Source: Antedon mediterranea (Eukaryota; Animalia; Echinodermata). Taken from it: a stretch of DNA of 64,000 bases. Location of the stretch: positions 8,928,001-8,992,000 of the forward strand of contig NC_092672.1 of assembly GCF_964355755.1 (NCBI RefSeq), in the 5' to 3' direction. Shown one piece after another: positions 50,141 through 61,042 of this stretch; positions within the stretch are counted from its first letter, which is position 1; each line of letters begins with the position of its first letter. Under the pieces are notes generated by a model. It was not told the origin of the DNA and searched no databases. It was given only the letters and a program-made list of their open reading frames with translations. The translations under genes and the position numbers were made by a program.

Positions 50141-51496
50141 TGTATATCACATCATACTGTAAATGGTTGTGCTGCCCTCTATTGTTCATTAAAGCAATTT
50201 CTCTACAAAATGGATACCGTACTGTATTATGAGTCATGTATGATAGTCTACTGTTAACAAGTAATATTGCAATTGGCGACGAGGATGGGCATTTATTTAG
50301 GTGGTATAATAATTATACTAAAGTAATTTTTATCTTTACAGTCCGCCAGACTAGTGATGACCAATCTTTTATACTGTATTCATAATGTAAGATAATTATT
50401 TTGTATTTCATGTCTTTTGGAAATAAACAAGAAATAATTCTTACAAAGCGCCGCTCGCTTGTTGACGTAACAGTTTTAACGATATTTTCTCACTAATTTT
50501 AGTCCGGCTCACTATGTCGGTAGGTTGGTTGGTCGGTTGGTCAGTAAACACGACTGCAGCAGCCATGTATATGGCCTTGTTTTTTTTTTAATTTGCTTTT
50601 GAATGTGTCAATTTAAGTGAACAATTTTTTTTGGTTTTTAGTTTTTTTTTCAGAAGTAAAAACTTTTATTAAAACTGCAAAATTACATCCTTAAAGTCTG
50701 ATTTTATTTATCTTGATTGTTCATGTTTTTGGGGCACAATACACCTTACATTATTGTTCTTTCTACAGAAATAATGATTTATTATCAATTATTTTTGTTA
50801 AACAATCAGTAGTAAACATTTTGTGTAACGTAAATATATAGTCTGGCCTAGACTACTGCACAGAACACAAATATAATAATAAACTATAACTGTAGTAGTG
50901 TACTGTGAGTAGATAACCATACAAAAATTAGAAAAAAAAGTATCTCCTACTTGAAATGTATTTAATTCAAATCACTCAAAGCAAATACCACCAATGTCGG
51001 TTAATATCCAATATTAGTTTATCGTTATTGCTAAGGTCAAGTCTGTGGGTCACTTCATCAAGCCTAGATGACATCAACAAGTGGCCAGTGAGAAAAAATT
51101 GTATCCTATTACAAACAAAAACTTTACTATTGGACTGTTGTGATCATTCGATGATGATTCAATTCAATATTTTCATAGACTCTCTTCTCCCAGACGTGCC
51201 TTTTGAGTTTACAACATTCCAAAACTTTCAGCCTATAGAACTGTTGTCTTCCGCTTGATATAGCTTCTGAATGAGTAGTCCTCTTAGAATGTAGTTGGCT
51301 AAAGCCGCGGCGCAAACAAATAATGAATATTCATTGTATGGAACATTTCGACAATATTGAAGGCATTGTAATGTAGAGCGCGGCCTCGCATGTGGCGCTC
51401 AATTCGCACAAAACATTTTTAAATGTTCTGTTAGACATGCAATCAATTTCAAACTTTCAAATATCGCCTATGTTAATTAGCTATTATGATACGAAA

Positions 51497-51913
51497 CAGC
51501 GGTGGCGCCAGGATCTTCCTGGCGCCACCGTTGGGGCTACATTCCCCAACGAGGGGGCTATGCGAGCATCACTAGGCTGGGGGGACATGGGGCCGGTGGG
51601 GTCCAGGGGGCGAAGCCCCCGGAAGCAACGCGTTCTAGCGTCATTTGAGATCATTTTAATCAGATTTAGGGTAGCCATTTTTTCCATTTTTTATAATGCA
51701 TAAATAAAATACTGCGTGCTAAAAAACGATGCGCGATGACTCTTTCAATCCATATTTTTCAATTTAAAAAATAAAAGTTCAAAGAAAATTTAGAAAAATA
51801 GAGTTGGAGGTCCCGGAAATTGGACTTATTATACTTCAATAGGGCTAGGCTCCCGGACGAGGGGGATAGAGCCCCCGTACCCCCCCCCCCCCCCCCCGCT
51901 GGCGCCACCACTG
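51497..51913. mobile_element. hAT-family MITE, 417 bp, intact
   Basis: TIR CAG(C/T)GGTGGCGCCAG with a perfect 8-bp TSD ATACGAAA (51489-51496 and 51914-51921). Confidence 0.9.
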
Positions 51914-53596
51914 ATACGAAATTAACCAATTAATTGACACGGAAACATTTGGGTGTGAAAAATGCAATGATTAAAATGTGTTACCAAGACAAATATACGT
52001 ACGACCTAGACTACCTAGCCTACTATAGGCATACTCGTTTGCTTCAAGTAGGCACGACTCACAAGCCAAAATGGTGAGTTTTGACATTTAAAGGGCTATA
52101 ATAGGCCCGGCCTATATATACCATGGGATCTGGTAATTTGTTAAACTTGTTTCCTGTCCATATGTTTGTGTTAAAATAAGAATAAGGAAAGACCGTGGTC
52201 ATATAGAGGCTAGGCTATAGCTAGCTAGGCCAGGCTAGGCTAGTCAATTCTTCGAATAAACCCCCTTAAATTATAATAACGTTGGATCATAGAGATATTA
52301 TAATATCTCTATGGTTGGATTGATTTCATAGTCTATAAACGCGTCGCCCAGCCAAAATGCAAATACACACAATGTTGTATTATAAAACATTTCTATGAGT
52401 AGAATTCATTGAACTATATTAGGCGTATCTACAAATTACCAAGCATTTTTATACAATTATTACTATTATTACCATATTTTATCACTTGTTGTCGTTGATA
52501 TCAATTGTGTTATTATTATAGTTTTTCATATCTAGGCCTAGGAGATTTATTTGATTCAATATCATGATAAAACAAAAATCTTACGCCCAAAAAAATAAAC
52601 GCCTCCCCCGAATAAATACCTCCCTCGAAAACGCCTCCAATTTTTCGAATAAATACGGTATAGGTCTAGTATATACCATGGTTATACTAAAACTCCAATA
52701 CTAGTGTGTAGATTTCATTCCTATTCGATCAATCAATGCAAATGAATGCGATACACCATGCATGAGCGGCGCCATTTTTACTTTCAAGAGCGCCTCGTAA
52801 AAAAGTAGACAATAGATGAATGTAAAATTATGAAATGTAATATAATATTATGCAAATTATTCATAATTGTTATGCTTTGGAATAACAATTTGTGTTTCAA
52901 TTTGGATTGTTTAGGTACCGGACTAGAGGCCTACATTTATTTTAATGTTTTATTTTATTGCAAATCAACTGATCAAAATATTAATTAATTGTTTATCATT
53001 GGACAGAGATAGAGAAATTAAGATCTTGTTTAGAAACATTTCTTCTTCACCAGAGTGAATACATAGGCCTATGTTTAGTGATAATAGTACAATATGCGTA
53101 TGCGTATACATTTTTTTTTCAATTAATGATTTTAATTTAATAATCAATTATGTATGTGGTTTATTTCTAAAAATAATGGGGTAATAAAAGAGAAAAGTAG
53201 GCATGTGTAATCAATCAATATTTATTATAATCAATAATATAAAAAATAGTCGATCGTCAATGAATATACATATATACATTCACCATAATTATGTAATGTT
53301 GTGATAATATTAATATTATTGATAATATTATAAAGCCTATGAAAAAATACCCTTTAAATACTATCAGTTATAAAGTAATGTCACGCCGAAACTCACCTCG
53401 AATACATGTATCGACAATTAAAAATTAGATCCAAAAACAGTATGAAAACATCACAACAATTCTTATCTTAACGAAACTTTAGTTTGTTGTTTGTGGGTTA
53501 TTTTTACAATGTATTGTTGTTAATAATATGCTAATTGTCATTGCGATCTCCATGTTTCGTTATCGTCTCTCCCTAATGATCTCGAGCGCGTCTCTA

Positions 53597-53708
53597 GTTT
53601 TTAGTCCCCGTGCAACGCGACTCTACAGCCCACTGTGTCGGTCGGTCGGTCGGTTGGTCAGTCAATCGGTAAACACTAACTTGAGCACGCGACTGCAGTC
53701 ATGTATAC
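53597..53708 (+). mobile_element. Helentron-associated (HINE/DINE-like) fragment with (GGTC)n
   Basis: ttttagtccccgtgcaacgcgactctacagcccactgtgtcggtcggtcggtcgg...cacgcgactgcagtcatgtatac. Related copy at 50497-50580 ending ggccttgttttt. Confidence 0.6.
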
Positions 53709-55316
53709 ATCACCATCTTTGGTGTTATCTGAAAAGTATCTACACGCCGCCGAATAGTGGCGCCCATCCTCATTAGCCATGGGCAGTAAAATAAACGCTC
53801 AGTAATAAAAACTGTATCATTATTATGCATCTCACCGTAAAGAATCGGGTAGGCCTAATATAACGGATTTATAACGATTTATATTTTAGTATTTAGTATA
53901 GGCCTAGGCCTATCTAGTCATATTTTTTTTCAATGGAACCCGCGTGTATGGCGGTTTAACTTATTGTAGTCCATATTATGAGGGTAGGTATTTATCCTTC
54001 TATTTTATGGCATGTTAAAAACGCAGGTATTAATTACTCAATGGATATATTACCGGTGTTTGACATCGTGAGAAACGGCTGTACTTTAAAAATCAATGAT
54101 GAATATAGGCCTACACATCTGGGTAAACAAATCGGCTTCTGTTTTTCATAACACTGCTCTAAATTTAATTCCGAATCTGGACTAGTAATATAGGCCGACT
54201 ATATATAGATCAGATGCATTAAACTGCTACAAATACAGTAGGTAAAATTTTAATACTTATTACATACGGTAGCTATTTAAATACGCTACGATTGGTTGGA
54301 AAGACATCACATGACTATACTGTTCCGGGGATAAAAAATGTTATAACGAAATGATCGGTCGGTTATGATATGATATGATGACCAATCGGTAGTGTTTAAT
54401 AATTCAAAATATAATTTATTGTAACTCGATTTAATACAACATTTTGTCAAAAAGTCGTTACAACTCGACTATTATGGCACTTTGCACTTCTATCATCTAG
54501 ATGGAACATTGCTGTTCAGAGTATTTTTGTTTATCATTTGAATGTGACTGGAAACATTCTCAGTGACTGTTCTATCTCAATAAGTTAACGATTACCTTAG
54601 AGACATATTGCTCAGAACATATATTTCGTTATAGTGACTACAAGTGACTTTATTGACCAATATACAGTGTAAAACAGGATTAAGTGTATTTTGGGGATTT
54701 TTTCCCTCGAGAAAAATATGATTCCCACGGGAAATCTCAAACTTATACTTTTAATACAAACCTAAGCAGTCAATATCTGTATTATATTGTAAAATATCAT
54801 AGTCCAAGAGGGGTCGATAGATATATAACAAATGAAATGAAATAATGCAAAATATAAACTAAATTAGTAAAAGAAAAATATAATAATTATTTTGTGTCTA
54901 TAGTGTTGCGACTTTAAAATGGATATTTTGTTATTAAGGAAATAGGGTAAAATCTCGCAAGTTTTTAACATAAATTATAAATAGGCCGAATAGCCGCAAC
55001 AACAGCTGACAGTGAGTGTTTTGGTCACAAGTGTTCATTTGGCCTAATTTATTGATTTTTTCTTTGATGGGATAGGCGTAAGGTCATATTTTATCTGCAA
55101 CACAAGTAATTGTGTTTAAACAATACGGCACGTCATGCACGTTAGCACGGTCTTACACTTATGTTATTGCTTGTCCAAGAAAGCTAAATTTACCAATGAA
55201 TTGCTCCGATTGGAATGTTTAACTGCCTTTCAGGTGGACGGATAGGGACTTTCTTGATCTCTAAAGAAGCCTACTGAAGTTGCAATATCCGCTCATATAG
55301 TGATTTGACAGTCAAA

Positions 55317-58300
55317 ATGTTTTCAAAACCACTTTCCATCGCCGCATGCATGTCATGTTTAGTTTTTATATTCGTAAGTATGTGCAAGGTTTGTATATAA
55401 GCGTTTATAACTCGAACATTCGTCGCCGCGTCCCTACCGGTTTAAATTTATTTATAAGATGACGTTTTAATTCCCATATCTTTAGATTGCATACGTGGAG
55501 TTAACAGGATCGACGCCGTTGACGTACCTCTACGAACTTAAAGCACAGGTGAGCCTAAATGCTGCTACAGGACGATAAATAAACATGCATTGTTTACCTC
55601 CGCCATATATGTAATCGATCGCGTGTGTCTGTTTGTTTATTACTCAAAAGATCCTTACCAAAATGACAATACAGATGTGGTCAATGACTAGGCGGCTATA
55701 AGGCCTACTCCATTACATTTTGGAGGCATTCCGGACCCAATCCCAACTTTTAATATTATTTTCAAACCTGCTAGTGTTAAAAGATAGGACAGAATTTTCT
55801 GCAAACTGAAATTGCATTTTCTCGAGAACTTACTTGTCCAAACATTTTTGTACAACAGGGAAGAGTTATTATAATTTATGATTGAAAATTTTAAAACATA
55901 ATTTGATTTAATGTACAGTTTTTTTATACTACAGTAGTAGTTTTAAAAAGCTATTTCTTTTCAAATTCACTCGTTTGTTTTGTCGTTCCTGTTCTATTGT
56001 TATTCACTGAAACTCATTGTTAGTTGAAAGGCTGTTTGCATAACCTTTACACCATGGAGTATACTCCATGTTTACACCAAACTTGCATACACATGCTTGT
56101 ATAGGGAGTTGTTAATTAGCAACTCCCTGCTTGTAGTGAATAATAATAATAATCACTAAACAATACAATCGATATTATTTCTCTTCCCAATCATGCTATT
56201 TGATTTCGAGACGTGTGCGCAAACCTAGCATAACATGGTTATCCTAAAGGTTCTAGAATGAAAACTTTGTTATGTCTTTTGTCTGATGTAATAACAATGC
56301 ATATTTATTTATTTATCTGTCATCGATCGTTATCTTCATAGTGTAAATGGTACTATATAATCTATGGGTGAACATTACATATAAACTATTGGAAATTAAA
56401 TAAAAACTTCTTATAAACCGAATCAATCGTTTTATAAAATATAATAAAAAGATAAGTATAATTAAACAATTTCGAGAAGATATTGATTGATAGACCAATG
56501 CGGCTACCTATTTTTCAGTCGACTCAAGATAACTTTACTATTAATTACAAACACATATCAAAAGAAATTATTCAAAACGCAAGTCAAACAGTACAGAATA
56601 CTGATAATACGAGTATACAAGTACAAACGAACTCAGGAGGTATGATTGATGTAATGAGATCATCTATTGGTTTGAAGAATCCAGACAGACCTGTTAAAGT
56701 TGGTGATTTCTTTAGTGTAATAATCCAGGCACGTGATCAGTATGGTCAGAACTGCAAAGGAGGTGATTTTTTCTTTGCAACCATTGGATCTGAAAGCAAC
56801 CACGCCTCAGGAAAAATAACCGACTTCAAAAACGGTACATATGAGGTGTTGTTCTTCGCCGGTTGGCCTGGTGTCATCGACATTTACATTACGCTTGTCC
56901 ATCCATCAGAAGCAGTGGATTTTATTGAACAGGAAATATGGCCTTTGGAGAAAAGAGTTGTATGGAAAGGAAATTTTGGAGAAAATAAACCCGAAACAAC
57001 AAAATGTAGTCTTGGTAATAGCAGAGATGAACACATAAATGAATGCAAGTATGTTCAGCCACTGGCCACGGGAGAGACTGCGTTGTATTGTGATAAACCA
57101 AAGCACACGTCATGTGATAGTTTGAATTGGATTAAGTCGGACGATAACTATGTGAATAGAATGTTTGCAAAGCTCTATAAACCACACCAATTGATATTAT
57201 CTAAGTAAGTACCGTATATATTTATTACAGTAATAACAAAATATATAAATAAAACACAACAGGCACAGTATATGAATTCTAAACCGTCCGGTGATATACT
57301 GGAATTTAATTAATTAATTTGAAACAATAACGATGAGGAAATCTGTGAGAATAAGAAAAAGACCCAAACCGAGATTCGAACCCAGAACCTTCTGCTTGAT
57401 ATGCAGATATTCTAACCATTTTAGACCACTCTGGGGCTTGCATGGTATTGTTCAAACTCGATTAGATAGCGACAACAATTGAGGGACTATAGTGCTGTTC
57501 CGGCGTACCACGCCGAGAGTCTTAAAGAGTAATATAACGTTTAATTCATATTGATTTTACAATGTTTCATTTAGGTCTGTGACGTATATACGTTTGCCTG
57601 AAGGTACAACTTCACTAACAATAAGCAACACAAGTAAGAATAAAGCATTCTACGTTATTTCTTTGATGATATTGGGTCATTGTACTAACTGCAGCAGTGT
57701 TGGATCCAGAGGGGGCCCACCCTCCGCACGTCCCACTATAAATCTGGAGAAAAAAAATTATCCTACCGTAAGGAAAAACAAATTGGGGAAAAAAGCGTAA
57801 ATAAAGAGTATAATATTATTATAGCAACCGATTTTTTTTCTAGGCCACCCACCCAACTGTATCAATACCTATTTATATATTTAATTTCTTCAACAAATTG
57901 ATGTAAATAAATATTGAGCTATAATAAGCATTGAATTTTGCGCTGGTTTCGGGGCCTTTCCCTAGATGTACGTTCGCATTGAACTGAACGCAACGCAATC
58001 AAAACTAAATACTGAGTGAATGAAATCGGCAACAAAATGTTATATCGTCCTGTAATTAGTCACGTGTGTTTATTGGAGGGAAAAAGTATGATCGTTTTGC
58101 TCATTGGTAGCATGCTACATATGAGAGTGTCTTTTCCTGCAAATTAGAGGTGCCATTTATCATGAACTTATGTGCGAGACTACCATTTCCGGCCATCTGG
58201 GGCGTCATCATTAATTTAACAAAGTTCGCTTCGCCACGGGTCCTGTCGACGACTCAGGGCAAGCACCTTTTTCCGCCATATGCAAAAGCTGACGTCTTGC

Positions 58301-59336
58301 GCCAAGCGCCCTGTTGTGACGTTTTTACTCAAACACGCACCTCCCGTAATTATGAAGCTATAGTAGGCTAATCAGCGCTATTTTGTTTTACCAGGTACGA
58401 AATTTTCACCTGAGTTGAGAAAGAAAAATATTAAGCAAAGTGTCTTGCGATGAGCTTTGGCCTCGCTCCCGCACCCAATCGCGCGATCAGAAATCCAACA
58501 CACACACCCATGTGTGCTACATAAAAAAAGAAGAAAATCTGATATTTAAATATTTAATTTGTTTTATTTAAGCTACGATGAGTAACATGCTACTACCAGA
58601 ATGCAAGGCAGATTTACCAAAGCCTCGTAGTGAGGGGTTCTGGACAAACAATGTGTGGACATCCTTTCAATGCAAGACAAAACAATGGACAAAACAAGAA
58701 ATTATCAAATGCATAAACGGAAAACACATCGTTTTAATGGGTGATTCTACAACAAGACAATGGACTGAACAGTTGCTGAAGTTTATGGGAGTTACAAGGA
58801 GTAAAAACACTACTAAACCGAGCACTAAGCATATCCAGCATCATAGTAATATTATGATGCTAGATTTCTATTTCCATCCGTATAGCATCGGTTCTATCAC
58901 GCATATATATCGCGTCGGAAAATGGGAGTATGAAATATTAGATAATCTTAATGTAGATACTTGCAATAACTACGTCATAATGGTGAGTCCCTGGGCCCAT
59001 TATGCGCAATGGACCAAAGAAAGTTTAATTGAAAGGTTGCATCTTTTGCGAGAGACACTTGTGCGATTCATAAAACGTTGCCCGGGTGCAAAGATACTGA
59101 TGAAGACTCCACACCCTCGAAACCACAGTTCACAGATTTCGCTACTATATGGCAGCGATAAACTATTGTACAACATATACGAGCTATATTTTAGCATTTT
59201 CTCGGGGTTAGGTATTCATATTTTAGATATCTGGGATATGAACTTGTCGTATCCGAGTAGGAATACTATTCACATGCCGACACCGGTTATATTGCAAGAA
59301 CTCTTTTTGATGTTTTCGCATATATGTACTGTGTAG
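55317..59336 (+). CDS. NXPE family protein, copy 2, about 542 aa
   Basis: Exons 55317-55373, 55486-55548, 56519-57204, 57575-57633, 58573-59336 with the same phases as copy 1. Motifs: GGDFFFA, GKITDFKNGTYEVLF, HPSEAV, GDSTTRQW, NTIHMP, SHIC. Confidence 0.93.
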
Positions 59337-59635
59337 GATAAATTATATTTTGATTGTTTGTAGGCCCTAATGTATAACAACACCCTGTATTAAACAATTG
59401 CAATTCATATACAGTAATAGTATGATTCATACGTACATAAATTCATTTCTGTGATATGTTCAAGATTTAAATTAGTGCAATATTTTAAAATTAATATAGG
59501 CATGTATTGAATGTTTATCTAATTAATAGTAACTATTAACATACAGTATTTATTTAATATTTAGGCCAATTCTATTTAAAATTTTATTAGTATTAGGCCT
59601 AAGATATTTATGTTCTACTTGCCTTGTGAACAATG

Positions 59636-59685
59636 GTTCAAACAGGGAGTTGTTATTAGGGTTAATAACAACTCCCTGGTTCAAA
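59636..59685. mobile_element. 36-bp micro-palindrome (CAGGGAGTT ends) with a 7-bp direct repeat
   Basis: gttcaaa-cagggagttgttatta gggt taataacaactccctg-gttcaaa (16-bp arms). Confidence 0.7.
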
Positions 59686-59734
59686 TAAGTTTATTTATAA
59701 TTCATAATTATATACTTTTCTGTTATGAATTTCA

Positions 59735-59895
59735 AACCTCTACCCCCATAAACCCCAACCCCCATAAACCCCTACCCCCATAAACATCTACCCCCATAAA
59801 CCCTACCCCATAAACCCCTACCCCCATAAACCCTACCCCCATAAACCCCTACCCCCATAAACCCCTACCCCCATAAACCCCTACCCCCATAAACC
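59735..59895. repeat. 16-17-bp minisatellite (aaaccc(c)tacccccat)n, G-rich on the minus strand
   Basis: About 10 copies, seen directly. Confidence 0.9.
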
Positions 59896-61042
59896 TCACC
59901 TATATATATATAAACAAACCTATTTGTGACTGAGAGATCATGTAGATAGTAGAAAATGAGAAAAACGCAACGTTTACAATTGACAATATAATCTTTCACA
60001 TGCATGTACGGATTGAAGAATACTATGATCCAATAGCCTATAAGTTATGTTGAATAAATTAACAATTGGACATCACTGTCTTTGGTAGGCCTATTGTTCG
60101 AAACAGAACTGGTGATAGTAAACCTTTGTCCCCTGGAACGTGGAGCCTTTTTTTGTCATCGCCTAACAACTTACTCTTGGACATGAAATAGCTTGTCACA
60201 ATCACGTTACATGATTGTGTATCATGGTTTTGTCGTAAGGGTATTCTTAATGCGTACCATGTATTCTAGTTTTATAATTTACAATTTAGGGAGCACAATG
60301 TACACACAGTGTATTGATCAGGATTGATTGTATTATTAACGGCAGGTTAACTACACAGATTTGAACAATTGATACTACACTACGCATACCGAACTGGGAG
60401 TAATATTACTCCGTAGTAAAAAGTATGTGATAAAACAATTAGGACATAACTTGTCATCATTATAGCAAAACAATTAATACAACGATGATATAGAGCGCTT
60501 TTAAACACAATATATTCCTGTTATGTGATTAGACGGTTATGGGTAACATGGCGTAAAATAGAGTACAGATCATTGTATTCATAATATGAGGCACTCCAAA
60601 GTGGAGGTTAGGCTTTGTAGTTATTAATAATAACAAAGAAAACATTTTTATTTTACAAAACATCGGTTATGGCAGGGTAGGTATTTTGTTGTAGGCTTTG
60701 TAACAACTTACGAATAATAAATCCAGAGTTGAGTTTTAGTAAATCAGCTCTGTGTCATTTTGACGGTGGAACTAGAAAATTAACCAACTTAACACAAGTA
60801 AGTACTCAGTTATAAGCATAATGATGTAATATATACCCCAAGAGCACTAACATTTGGAAACTTACCAATGGAATACTGTACTTTGGTGGTCAAACATTGA
60901 CATAAAGTAGGCTAGTACGAGAATCGAGACGTGATACTATTTTACTTCTTTTCAGATTGACGAATAAGGAATTCCTGTTTCTAAAGGTTCTAGCCTACTC
61001 ATCAGCAGAAGCTGCAAATCAAAGTGCAATTTGACTTTCAAC

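Noticed and set aside
51392-51703. 103-aa GC-rich ORF
   Set aside because: It overlaps the hAT MITE 51497-51913 and shows no protein similarity that I recognise.
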